Shown: positions 6,752 through 15,735 of the stretch, one piece after another
Position numbering within the stretch: the first letter of the stretch is position 1
How the letters are laid out: each line of letters begins with the position of its first letter
DNA from: an uncultured archaeon
Lineage (GTDB): Archaea; Asgardarchaeota; Thorarchaeia; Thorarchaeales; Thorarchaeaceae
DNA length: 32,000 nt
Direction of reading: 5' to 3'
Assembly: GCA_964354495.1 (NCBI GenBank)
Contig: CAYHAA010000014.1
Coordinates: forward strand, 39,361 to 71,360
Position numbers and translations under genes: made by a program
Notes under the pieces: model-generated
The model's input: only the letters and a program-made list of their open reading frames with translations
Database searches by the model: none
Told to the model about the DNA's origin: nothing

Positions 6752-7630
6752 ATGACTGCTGAAGTGGTACCTGACCTTCCTGACACAAAAATACGTAGTT
6801 ATGTGTCCATTACAGATCCAGAGCTAGTAGAGTCTTTTCTCGATCCAATTCGCCGAGCAATACTTGTCGCCCTTCGTTACGGCACTGAGAGCATAAAGGA
6901 AGCAATCACGACTGATGAAAAGGTCAGGGATGATGGAACTAGAATAAAGACGACAACAGTTGAGGAAAAGAAGGTCAAGCGTTTTTGGATGACTGTGCCT
7001 GAGATTGTGGACACTATTCAGCAGTATATCCCAGAAGTTGAGGTCTCCAAATACAACTGCTATTATCATCTTCCCAAACTTGTCGAACAAGGTCTGGTCG
7101 AGGAATTCTCGACCAAGGAAGACGCCGAGAGCAAGAGTAGGAGAGGTGTATACTACCGTAGAACCGCGAAAGTATTTGTTGTGATCGACGCGAAGATGAG
7201 TGGTGACGTGGTCCAGACCTACATCAAACTCATCAAGCAAGGCCTTGAGATGAACCTGAGCGACAAGAAATGGGAGCGCCTTGAAGATCTATTAGTAAAG
7301 CAGGTCAAGATGGTTGATGATGCAATGGAATATCTCGCCATGCATCTCAAGGAAGTCGATATCGAATCTACGACATTGAGCGACTTGCTTCAGGGACTGG
7401 CCTACATCTTCCTATCTGATAATGAAGACTTCTTGAATACTCAACAGGAGATAAAGAGGATGGTCTTGACGCCATGCTGCGGACCCGCGACTGACATGGA
7501 GACAGTTTGCTCGTTTTGCGGTGATCCGCTGCAACCTGGTTCTACAGTATTTCGTGCCATCGACGGGAAGAATGAATCATTCTGCTCATCTGAATGTGGC
7601 GACAGCTATGTGAAAGTTCAGAAGTCATAG
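6752..7630 (+). CDS. Winged-helix (ArsR-like) regulator with a C-terminal TRASH/YHS-type metal-binding domain
   Basis: DPIRRAILVAL...TVPEI...YYHLPKLVEQGLVE...YYRRTAK is a wHTH pattern. The C-terminal CSFCGDPLQPG...IDGKNESFCSSEC fits TRASH. Confidence 0.72.
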   Translation: MTAEVVPDLPDTKIRSYVSITDPELVESFLDPIRRAILVALRYGTESIKEAITTDEKVRDDGTRIKTTTVEEKKVKRFWMTVPEIVDTIQQYIPEVEVSKYNCYYHLPKLVEQGLVEEFSTKEDAESKSRRGVYYRRTAKVFVVIDAKMSGDVVQTYIKLIKQGLEMNLSDKKWERLEDLLVKQVKMVDDAMEYLAMHLKEVDIESTTLSDLLQGLAYIFLSDNEDFLNTQQEIKRMVLTPCCGPATDMETVCSFCGDPLQPGSTVFRAIDGKNESFCSSECGDSYVKVQKS

Positions 7631-7693
7631 TTCTCGTTGCATCCGGTAACTTCGAATTGCCCCTGCCTTCTCCGTGCCTATTCTGGGCATGTC

Positions 7694-8902
7694 CTATCTG
7701 CCTGCGAGCTTCTGGTCCTTCGCTCCAATCGAGCGATACATTGCTGTGCACAAAGCGTCGCTTCTTGGATCTGTCGGAAATGACGTACCAAATCCATTGA
7801 GGACATATCCATATCCTATCTCATATTGAGGATCAGCAAATCCAAATGAGCCTCCTGTCCCAGGCATTCCATACGAGCTTGGGGAACCAAACGGGTTCTT
7901 CGGAAGGGGTTTCGCGAAACCAAGTGAGTAGCATGTTTCCACCTTCAAGACTTCATCTCGAAATCCGTGCAGAGGTGCCACAGGCGGCCCCCTTAGTTCC
8001 TGAAGCGTTTCCTCTCGCACTCCAAGCTCCCTTCCGCCCGCTGCGAAGACACCGTATGCATGAGCTATTGCACGAGCTGTTCCTACTCCTCCGCCAGAAG
8101 GAACTTCATAATTCCGTGCATAAATGCGACTCTCGTCCAGACAAAACTCGGTTCCCGCTAACGCACGATGAGCCGCAGACCGCGGATTCATTGCCGCGAG
8201 AATGAATCCGATTGGAGCAGAGCGCATTGCTGAAATGCCAAATTTAGGTGATCTGAGAGTAGCAAGTCTAGTATTCGGAATACCTTCAGGAAGTCGAATA
8301 TAGAAGTCAAGACCCAGTGGAGTTGCAATTTCATCTTGGAAATATCGTCCTAGGCTGCGGCCTTTGGGGTCAACGCGGCGCAGAAGTTCGCTCTGGTAGA
8401 AGCCCAAGGTCAGGCCGTGGTATCCATGTCGTGTTCCTGGTTCCCATGCTGGCTTCTGTCTGGCCAAAACCACTGCCAAGCGGTCGAGATCTGCCACGAT
8501 TTCCTTGTTTCCTAGTTCATCAAATGCAAAGAGCCCAGCTTGATGCGCAAACAGCTGCCGGATAGTAATCCTTTCCTTGCCTTGTTGCGCAAACTCCGGC
8601 CAATACTTGGAAACAGGGTCGTCGTAGTCGAATAGTCCCCGCGAATGAGCAAGCGCCATGGCAAGAGCTGACAACCCCTTCGTAGTCGACCACACGAGCA
8701 CCATAGTGTCCTCCTCCCATGGTTCTCCTGTTGCCTCATCTCTGATTCCGCCCCACAGGTCGACTACTTTTTCGCCCTTGTAGTAAATGCAGCATGCGGC
8801 ACCAAGTTCATTACGAAGCTGGAAGTTCTTGACGAAGGCTTCTCGAACAGCTTCAAATCCAGTCTTGACGAAACCTGATATTATACTACTTTCTGTGGTC
8901 AT
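7694..8902 (-). CDS. Serine hydrolase, beta-lactamase class C / esterase family
   Basis: SxxK motif (WSTTK), HGYH motif, LFAHQAGL, and GMPGTGGSFGFADP. Confidence 0.9.
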   Translation of the reverse strand: MTTESSIISGFVKTGFEAVREAFVKNFQLRNELGAACCIYYKGEKVVDLWGGIRDEATGEPWEEDTMVLVWSTTKGLSALAMALAHSRGLFDYDDPVSKYWPEFAQQGKERITIRQLFAHQAGLFAFDELGNKEIVADLDRLAVVLARQKPAWEPGTRHGYHGLTLGFYQSELLRRVDPKGRSLGRYFQDEIATPLGLDFYIRLPEGIPNTRLATLRSPKFGISAMRSAPIGFILAAMNPRSAAHRALAGTEFCLDESRIYARNYEVPSGGGVGTARAIAHAYGVFAAGGRELGVREETLQELRGPPVAPLHGFRDEVLKVETCYSLGFAKPLPKNPFGSPSSYGMPGTGGSFGFADPQYEIGYGYVLNGFGTSFPTDPRSDALCTAMYRSIGAKDQKLAGR

Positions 8903-8914
8903 TTGAGATACACC

Positions 8915-9622
8915 TTACATACTGTCCTGACTTAGAGTTACTGCCAGCGTCGCTTCACTCAGTTGAATACTGCCTTTTTCCAAACGCCAGACGACAACGG
9001 CCACCATAGCTACCCATAGCATATAGCTATAGACCATAGTGCGCTCGACAAGTCCGATCCATGGAATGGGCTGTCCTGCCTCAGCCTGAACTGCGCCTAA
9101 GAAGGGCAGAGCACCCAGCACAAGGTATACCATGATTGTGGCGAAAGAGTAGAAACGGAACTTCTTTCCGAATGCGATTGCTCCGACTCCTATTGATAGC
9201 AGAATGAAGAGCACCGTCGAGCCTGTTGTTATTTGGTGCATAACATTGGAAAAAGCTATCGCGCTTTCACCCGGGCTCATCGGGAAGAATAACCCCACAA
9301 AGCCGACAATCGCATACCCGACAAGGAAGCCTCCCGCGAAATGCAGAGCACGCTTCTGACCAGCAAGTGCCCAGGCGCCTAATCCGAATGCTGTTACAGG
9401 AATATCATGCACGATATAGAGCAACACGACGGGCGGTCCCGAGGGAGCCCCGATGGCGCTCAGTTCACTGATAAACTGAGTGATGGAGTCATAGTCCCCC
9501 AGTAGCATACCCCCGAGTATGTCGGTGGCGACATAAAGCATCGAAGAGAAGATACCGCAGATAAGTAAGCTCCTCAGCAACCTTGCATTCCTTGTTTGAC
9601 TACGGATGATGTCGAGGTTCAT
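8915..9622 (-). CDS. DUF998-like multi-pass membrane protein
   Basis: Start re-placed at MNLDII (9622). YDSITQFISELSAIGAP, a conserved HQI helix and GLVER are typical of DUF998. About six hydrophobic segments. Confidence 0.7.
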   Translation of the reverse strand: MNLDIIRSQTRNARLLRSLLICGIFSSMLYVATDILGGMLLGDYDSITQFISELSAIGAPSGPPVVLLYIVHDIPVTAFGLGAWALAGQKRALHFAGGFLVGYAIVGFVGLFFPMSPGESAIAFSNVMHQITTGSTVLFILLSIGVGAIAFGKKFRFYSFATIMVYLVLGALPFLGAVQAEAGQPIPWIGLVERTMVYSYMLWVAMVAVVVWRLEKGSIQLSEATLAVTLSQDSM

Positions 9623-9853
9623 AGTTGTCCCTTTTGACGTCCTTTTCATGCAGTGTGCGTTAGCTTCGCAAATAGTGCTCCAAGTCTGAATCCAATTCGT
9701 GTGGATGTTGTCGTTTAGAATCAAGTGGACCCACCGCATTTATAAATGATACGGAACCGTGGCTCCCAGCCTAGGAACTTCTGGTATACGGAGAACGAAC
9801 GATGTGCTGGACGCTTGAGGCGTTCTCATGTCTGGAAAGAAGGTTATTCTACT

Positions 9854-10693
9854 ATGACCTCGCAAAGGCATGACTCGGACGCAAAGTCCGAACAGATGGT
9901 AGGCGTTGCTCCCTTCAGCGAAATAACACGCAGATCCACCAGGCCGATTGAACTTCTCAACAACCTCGCGCCGAAACACCGTATCTACGGGCTAGTTGAG
10001 ATAGATGTCACAGAGGCCCGAAAGTTCATCTCAGAGAACGAAGCAAAGACAGGTGTGAAGCTGTCTTTCACTGGCTGGGTGATAAAGTGTGTTGCCCAAG
10101 CTGTCGGCGAGCACAGAGAAGTCCAAGCCATGAAGAAAGGGAAGAATAAGCTAATTGTATTCGATGATGTTGATGTTGGGATGATTATCGAACGGCAGGT
10201 GAAATCTGAGAGATTCGCGACCTCATACTGTGTAAGGAAGGCAAATGAGAAGAGCTTTAGGCAGATTCACGATGAGATTCGCCATGCTCAGAATGGCGAA
10301 GCGAGTGAAGGCGGCGAGTCGGACGAGAGGCCTCCTGCATCAGTCAAAGTCTTCTCCCGCCTGCCAGAACTGCTGAGAAAGTTGTACTGGAGAAAGATAA
10401 GGTCAGATCCCTTTCTGAGGAAACGCCTGATGGGGACAGTAGCCGTCACAGCAGTAGGAATGTTTGGGAAAGGCGGTGGATGGGCCATCCCAATCGGACT
10501 GCACTCTGTTGTGTTCGCTTTGGGGGGCATCTCCACGAAGCCAAGAAACTTCGCCAATCCAATTGACATGGGCGAGTTTCTTAACATGACAGTAATGTTC
10601 GATGAGGAAGTATCACTAGGAGCTCCTGCGACTCGATTCCTCGCCAGGCTTTCAGAGCTCATGCAATCGGGTTTTGGACTCAAAGAAGAATGA
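9854..10693 (+). CDS. Stand-alone 2-oxoacid dehydrogenase E2-like acyltransferase domain, catalytic His absent
   Basis: IYGLVEIDVTEAR, KLSFTGWVIKCVAQA, GTVAVTAVGMFG and LNMTVMFD..GAPATRF give an E2 catalytic-domain pattern. No lipoyl domain. The DHxxxDG position reads DEEVSLG. Confidence 0.8.
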   Translation: MTSQRHDSDAKSEQMVGVAPFSEITRRSTRPIELLNNLAPKHRIYGLVEIDVTEARKFISENEAKTGVKLSFTGWVIKCVAQAVGEHREVQAMKKGKNKLIVFDDVDVGMIIERQVKSERFATSYCVRKANEKSFRQIHDEIRHAQNGEASEGGESDERPPASVKVFSRLPELLRKLYWRKIRSDPFLRKRLMGTVAVTAVGMFGKGGGWAIPIGLHSVVFALGGISTKPRNFANPIDMGEFLNMTVMFDEEVSLGAPATRFLARLSELMQSGFGLKEE

Positions 10694-10720
10694 ATTGAAT
10701 GCGGATGTGAAAATTGAGTA

Positions 10721-11197
10721 ATGATAATGGAGTACTATCACGCTTCGAAATATGGGAATGGTGTTAAGGTCGCTGAAGAATTCAAGAGAATCATGACTGC
10801 CAAGGGCGTAACAGTGAACGTCCATCACGTCAAGAAGGTCAAGCCGAAAGAGGTCCCACCTGCTGATCTGTATGTGTTCAGCTGCTCCGGCCGCTTCGGC
10901 AAGCCAATCGGAGATGTACGCAGCTTCTTGGAGAAGACTCAATTTCCCCCGGGGACGAGATGTGCTGTCCTGACCACAGAAATGGCTCCCCAGCCAGACA
11001 AGAAGACAGGCAAGGTATCCACTGAGGATGGGGCTTGTCAGAAGGTCCTACCGATCATGAGGGAGATCTTGCAGGCCAAGGGGCTCAAGAAGATAGTAGA
11101 GGGGAGAGTCTACGTGCAAGGGATAAAGGGGCCTCTTGAAGATGGCTGGCAGAATAAAGTGCAAGCCTTTGCTGAGCTCATACCTGTGGATGGCTGA
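10721..11197 (+). CDS. Flavodoxin-like protein
   Basis: YYHASKYGNGVKVAE resembles the FMN phosphate loop (S-x-x-G-N), followed by DLYVFSCSGRFG. Confidence 0.7.
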   Translation: MIMEYYHASKYGNGVKVAEEFKRIMTAKGVTVNVHHVKKVKPKEVPPADLYVFSCSGRFGKPIGDVRSFLEKTQFPPGTRCAVLTTEMAPQPDKKTGKVSTEDGACQKVLPIMREILQAKGLKKIVEGRVYVQGIKGPLEDGWQNKVQAFAELIPVDG

Positions 11198-11329
11198 CGG
11201 GAGCTTTTCAGAACTAATGTTACTAGATCAAGCATTCAGTCCAGTTTCAACTATGATCGTTTCTGATGTAGGAAGGTAGTGTGAGTATTCAAAGTAGTAT
11301 GAGGTTATGACTTGAAATTCCTTGAAGAT

Positions 11330-11791
11330 ATGATTATCGAAGACTCAGTGGAAATTGAAGCAGATGTTGAGAAAGTGTGGGACTTCTTTGATAATCTTGA
11401 GGAGAATTATCTATCATGGCACCCCAAGGATCATGTCACTTGCAGATGGATTAGAGGGCGTCCTCATGAAGTTTGATCAGTCGCGTACTTCGAGGAAATT
11501 CTTGATGGAAAACTGGTCAAGATTAAGGCGAAGACAACCAAAGTTGAGAGATTCAAATATTCTGAGAATAGACCGTACTTTCCTCTTTCGATATTTCATC
11601 CCAAAGGAGCTTACATATTTGAAGCAAAAGGGGACAATTGCGTTTTTACTGCAATCAACCACTTTAGAATTCCGAGATTGTTCAGAGAATCGTTCCTGGC
11701 ATATACTAGAATTGAAGCGCTAAGAGTGCACATCAGAGAGGAATGCCTCATTTTGAAGAATCTAATGGAAAAGAAGAGATGCCGCCAATAG
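11330..11791 (+). pseudogene. SRPBCC/START-fold protein interrupted by one in-frame TGA (11474-11476)
   Basis: Manual translation: MIIEDSVEIEADVEKVWDFFDNLEENYLSWHPKDHVTCRWIRGRPHEV*SVAYFEEILDGK...HIREECLILKNLMEKKRCRQ*. The frame is intact on both sides of the stop. It is missing from the track. Confidence 0.8.
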
Positions 11792-11872
11792 GAATATCTC
11801 GTTAATGCTACTCACGCTATATTTGAAAGAAGCAAGATTGACGACATATCAGCCGAGGAGGATCTATTCTGA

Positions 11873-12481
11873 TTGAGAATCAGTCACGATGGCATTCGAC
11901 TATCCAGTGCTAGTGGCATTCTGCTTATCCTGCTGTACTGCGCCTTCACGTTCGTATCTTGGTTCTTCTATCCGCTTCCTTATTCGCCATGGACCAATTA
12001 CCTCAGCAGGCTTGGCAACTTCGAATATAGCCCATTTGGTGCCTGTTTCTACAATCTCGGATGTATTCTTACAGGCATCGTCCTCATTCCATTCTTTGTT
12101 GGACTGGGACAATGGTCTACCAGCAGCAGACTCGGAAATGCCTTGCTTCTAGTAGGCCGGCTCATTGGCCTGTTCTCTGCAACTGCTCTGATCCTCATTG
12201 GAGTCTTCTCTGAAAACCAAGGCACTTCTCATATGACCGCATCGTCAGCTTTCTTTTTGTTGAACTTCTTTGTACTAATCTTGCTCAACATGGCGCTCCT
12301 ATTCCATCGACGATTCATAAGAGCGGTTGGGCTCTACGGTTTGACAATGACTTCCTTGAGCCTGCCACTAGAGGTTCTCTTGGGTGGCCCATTGGTCGAG
12401 TGGTACATCGTCTTTGGATCATTGGTCTTTGTTGGGCTAGTTTCGTACAACACAATGATCCTAGAAAAAGAGCCGCACTGA
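11873..12481 (+). CDS. DUF998-like membrane protein
   Basis: YSPWTNYLSRLGN, FYNLGCILTG, LIGVFSEN and a conserved SHM helix. About six TM segments. Confidence 0.65.
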   Translation: MRISHDGIRLSSASGILLILLYCAFTFVSWFFYPLPYSPWTNYLSRLGNFEYSPFGACFYNLGCILTGIVLIPFFVGLGQWSTSSRLGNALLLVGRLIGLFSATALILIGVFSENQGTSHMTASSAFFLLNFFVLILLNMALLFHRRFIRAVGLYGLTMTSLSLPLEVLLGGPLVEWYIVFGSLVFVGLVSYNTMILEKEPH

Positions 12482-12522
12482 CATGCTAGAAAGCCACCTT
12501 GAGTTGCCTTGCCTAAGGTATT

Positions 12523-13314
12523 CTATTCGCCTGCGAGTCTGAATTGCATGCCATACAGGCTCTTTCGATAGCATGCCTGGATGCATTTCCCACACACCTC
12601 ATCAGTCAGCCCTTGTTTCTGGAGGCTGATCATGTATCTCCTGCAATTCTCTCGATAGTCTTTCAGTGTTGCTCGGTTTCTGATAAATGAGCATGCATCC
12701 TCGCATGCTGTGCAGTCGCCACATTTGGATCGGAGTTGCTTCCCTGCAGAGAGGGGGACCGCGGTCACAATCGATGCAAAACGCAGGGCACAGCTGAATG
12801 TCTTGTTGATAATGAGTCCATTCTTGCCTCTCCACCCGAGACCTGCAATCTCAGCTATAGTCCGGTGCGATACGGTATGTCCGAAATAGTCCGACACGTG
12901 TCCTACCTCTGTCATGATACCCGAGAGTGTAGCCGGAATGGCAATTCCTTCGAACTCCAGTGCGAGGATATGAGCCAGATGATCCAGAGCTCCGTTGATT
13001 CTAGCATATTCTGAAGCGTAGTTGTTCCATCTCTCGATATCAACGCTATTTTCTTTTATCACGTTGATGTCATCGATTGCTCTCTCTCCATATGCGATTC
13101 CTATCGAAATGAACGAACCTGACTCAATGAAGTCCGGAAAGCGACTCCCCGCAATCAGTCTGAGTCTCTCCTGCTGGATAAGGGCAAGCTCCTCATAGAC
13201 GGAACGGAAGTTCGCTACACCTATGACTCCTTTGGCTGCAGTATCAGCCAGTAGTCTCTTGAAACGGAGCTTCACCGACCGAGTGTTCCTCTCTTCTTGC
13301 TGTCTAATATCCAT
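12523..13314 (-). CDS. Epoxyqueuosine reductase (QueG)-like cobalamin/Fe-S protein
   Basis: SHRTIAEIAGLGWRGKNGLII, ALRFASIVT, CGDCTACEDAC and CGKCIQAC. Start re-placed at MDIRQQ (13314). Confidence 0.75.
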   Translation of the reverse strand: MDIRQQEERNTRSVKLRFKRLLADTAAKGVIGVANFRSVYEELALIQQERLRLIAGSRFPDFIESGSFISIGIAYGERAIDDINVIKENSVDIERWNNYASEYARINGALDHLAHILALEFEGIAIPATLSGIMTEVGHVSDYFGHTVSHRTIAEIAGLGWRGKNGLIINKTFSCALRFASIVTAVPLSAGKQLRSKCGDCTACEDACSFIRNRATLKDYRENCRRYMISLQKQGLTDEVCGKCIQACYRKSLYGMQFRLAGE

Positions 13315-13543
13315 ACGCAACAACCACGTCTGTCCGAATGAAATACACTCCGGTTCGACGATAAAAGGCCACTGTGAACAAGTTCTTAAGCACACGTTAT
13401 TCACAAAAACCTGCAGGTACTGCCAAGCGAGGAGCGCTTTCTTACATAGGAATTGTCGACGTCTTTTTTCACGCATCGTACATGCCCAGAAGAACACGCC
13501 AGTTTTGAACTACTTGCATAATCGCATTTGCGAGAGATACAAA

Positions 13544-14149
13544 ATGACATACGAAGAAAGAGAGCCTATTGAGGCTACAGTGGCTGAATTGAAGCCACGA
13601 ATGAAGAATGTTACCATCACTTTCAAGGTGGTAGAAGCAGGTGAGGTTAGAGAGGTTGCCTCCAGAAATGACGGAGAGAACCACAGAGTTGCTGATGTTA
13701 CAGTAGCTGATTCGACAGGATCTGTCCAAGTTCCACTCTGGGACGATGCAATTGAAAACGTTACACCTGGAAACACATACACACTCAAGAACGGTTACAC
13801 TGGTCTATTCAGAGGTAACCTACGACTCAATGTTGGAAAGTACGGTGAGCTCACAGGAGCTGAGACCCCAATCGAAGAAGTCAACCTTGAGAACGATATG
13901 AGTGCCGAAGAGCACGAAGACGATCGCCCACGCAGAAGCTATGGTGGTGGTGGTGGTCGTGGCGGCAGCGGTGGCGGCGGCTATGGCGGAGATCGACGTG
14001 GCGGCAGCGGCGGCGGCTATGAAGGTGGCGGCGGTGGCGGCGGCGGTGGTTACGGTGGAGACCGACGAGGCGGCGGTGGCGGTGGCGGCTATGGTGGTCG
14101 TGACCGACGAGGCGGTAGTGGCGGATACGGCGGGAGCCGAAGACGCTAA
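13544..14149 (+). CDS. Single OB-fold SSB (Sulfolobus type) with a long Gly/Arg/Tyr-rich tail
   Basis: True start ATG 13544 (MTYEEREPIEATVAELKPRMKNVTITFKV), colinear with the paralogue at 2674. OB fold followed by about 70 aa of G/R/Y/D low-complexity tail. Confidence 0.85.
   Translation: MTYEEREPIEATVAELKPRMKNVTITFKVVEAGEVREVASRNDGENHRVADVTVADSTGSVQVPLWDDAIENVTPGNTYTLKNGYTGLFRGNLRLNVGKYGELTGAETPIEEVNLENDMSAEEHEDDRPRRSYGGGGGRGGSGGGGYGGDRRGGSGGGYEGGGGGGGGGYGGDRRGGGGGGGYGGRDRRGGSGGYGGSRRR
13937..14146 (+). repeat. Coding low-complexity repeat (GGYGG-DRRGG units)
   Basis: Three DRRGG units and six Tyr set in poly-Gly, with varied Gly codons (GGC/GGT/GGA/GGG). Confidence 0.9.
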
Positions 14150-14220
14150 TCCATCTTGTACGCAGATTAACACTCTTTACCAACAAATGCACGAGTAGTC
14201 CCTTGGACTGCTCGTTGCAT

Positions 14221-14236
14221 CTTCCCTTTTTTTTCT
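14221..14236 (+). terminator. Possible oligo-T terminator after the SSB gene
   Basis: A pyrimidine tract containing T8 (14227-14234) lies about 80 nt after the stop. Confidence 0.3.
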
Positions 14237-14331
14237 ATCAGCCAACATCTTTTCGAGAGTTGTGTTTTGGTTCACATCGGTACGAACTTAAGATGGTCCA
14301 TCATGGCTTCTGCCAAGGCTGAGAGAAACAG

Positions 14332-15633
14332 ATGGCAATCGACGAAGAATCACCTGAGGGTGACGAAATAGCTCCAGAGCTTGCTACCAAGAAACTTGGA
14401 TTCCTTGGCTTGAGCAACAACCTCTGGAGACTGGCTCTAGTCATTGGAATTGCTCAGCTCTCTCTGGCTCTCTGGAAGTGGGAGTTCAGTATCTTCCTGG
14501 AAGAAGAGATCTTTCTGCAACCTTGGCAGATGGGCATTGTCTTCTCGGCCTCTACATTCGCAGGTCTCATTGCGAGTGTGTTCGCAGGCTACATTGCCGA
14601 TTTCATTGGTCGACGGTGGACTATTGCTCTTGGCTTCTTGCCCATGACCATTGGACTTGTCACAATGTCGTACCTTCCGATATGGCCGTATGTGGCAGTC
14701 CAATTCAGCTTGGTATGGTTCGGAATGAGCACTGCACGACTCATGGCCCGTGCAATCCCAGCTGACGAGATTGCCTCTGATGATGGGCATAATCCAGCGC
14801 GCAGGCTCATGATGGTCACGATGCCTCTCTGGTTCTTTGATGCACTTGGTCCATTTGTTGGATCTATCCTGTTGAATGCTGGATATCAATCCGGCGACTT
14901 ACATCGCCTTGCCGCAGTAGTGTCAATAATCACTTTCCTCTCAGCAGTTCTATTAGTTAAAGAGTCTCTTGGCTCAGATATACGCAAGAAGGCACGCTCG
15001 GGACCCAAGGTACCTGTTCGTAGTCTCGGTCGTGACTACTGGCTTCTTACGTTAGGAATGATTGGATTTGCTTTCTTCTGGGCTGTGTCTATTCAGTATC
15101 TTGGAAATCTCTGCGTCGGGCCTTGGAATGTCGACGCGATAACATACGGCCTGACTTGGAGCTTCTTTTCAGTGACCGCAGCCATCATAATGTATCCCGC
15201 AAGTATCATCGCAGATCGCAACCTCAAGGGTGCACTCCTTTTGGGAGTCTTCGGAAATGCGGCTGTGTACATATGGTGGAGCGTTGGTAGTGGTGCTTTG
15301 ATGATGTATCTCATCAACTTCGCGTGGACATTCCCTCTTGTCCTATGGGTCGGGGCAGAGAGAAGCATCATAGTCCTTGTGGTTTCTGAGGAGACGAAAG
15401 GTCGAGCGCTAGGAACCTATGACCTCCTGATGGGTGTTGTGGGTATGGGAGGACAGTTTTTGGGTGCAATGATTTGGCAAACCACAGATAGCTTGCGGGT
15501 CGTCTGGGGAGTGGCAGGTGCTGGAATGATGGTCAGCTCTCTTGTCTTATTCGCTGTGTTACGGAGCATCAGCAACACCAAACTGGCTGGTTCCCCAAAG
15601 CAGAGAGAACTCATCTTCAAAGCGAAAAGATGA
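14332..15633 (+). CDS. MFS transporter
   Basis: MFS motif A (GYIADFIGRRWTI), a second-half repeat (SIIADRN), KGRALGTY and about 12 TM segments. Confidence 0.88.
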   Translation: MAIDEESPEGDEIAPELATKKLGFLGLSNNLWRLALVIGIAQLSLALWKWEFSIFLEEEIFLQPWQMGIVFSASTFAGLIASVFAGYIADFIGRRWTIALGFLPMTIGLVTMSYLPIWPYVAVQFSLVWFGMSTARLMARAIPADEIASDDGHNPARRLMMVTMPLWFFDALGPFVGSILLNAGYQSGDLHRLAAVVSIITFLSAVLLVKESLGSDIRKKARSGPKVPVRSLGRDYWLLTLGMIGFAFFWAVSIQYLGNLCVGPWNVDAITYGLTWSFFSVTAAIIMYPASIIADRNLKGALLLGVFGNAAVYIWWSVGSGALMMYLINFAWTFPLVLWVGAERSIIVLVVSEETKGRALGTYDLLMGVVGMGGQFLGAMIWQTTDSLRVVWGVAGAGMMVSSLVLFAVLRSISNTKLAGSPKQRELIFKAKR

Positions 15634-15735
15634 GCGACTTCAAGATGCCTGATAGTGACTCTACTGAGGATTCCTCGAGTCGCATTACTCCGTCTACTGG
15701 CACGAATATAATAAAAGTGGCATCTCCTATAGCGA

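Noticed and set aside
9623-9853. N-terminal extensions of track ORFs 8915-9739 and 9746-10693
   Set aside because: The extensions have no family similarity and fill a divergent promoter region containing TTTATAAA. Downstream ATGs fit the families better.
11355-11723. Track ORF of 122 aa
   Set aside because: It is an off-frame overlap of the interrupted SRPBCC gene, which explains the region better.
13223-13543. Long N-terminal extensions of the SSB ORF (13223) and QueG-like ORF (13497)
   Set aside because: They overlap each other head-to-head. The paralogue alignment places the SSB start at 13544.
13820-14198. Poly-Ala, poly-His/Arg and poly-Ala/Val ORFs, and the GGC repeats as a CRISPR or DNA repeat
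   Set aside because: They are alternative-frame readings of the Gly-rich coding tail, with no constant repeat-spacer period.
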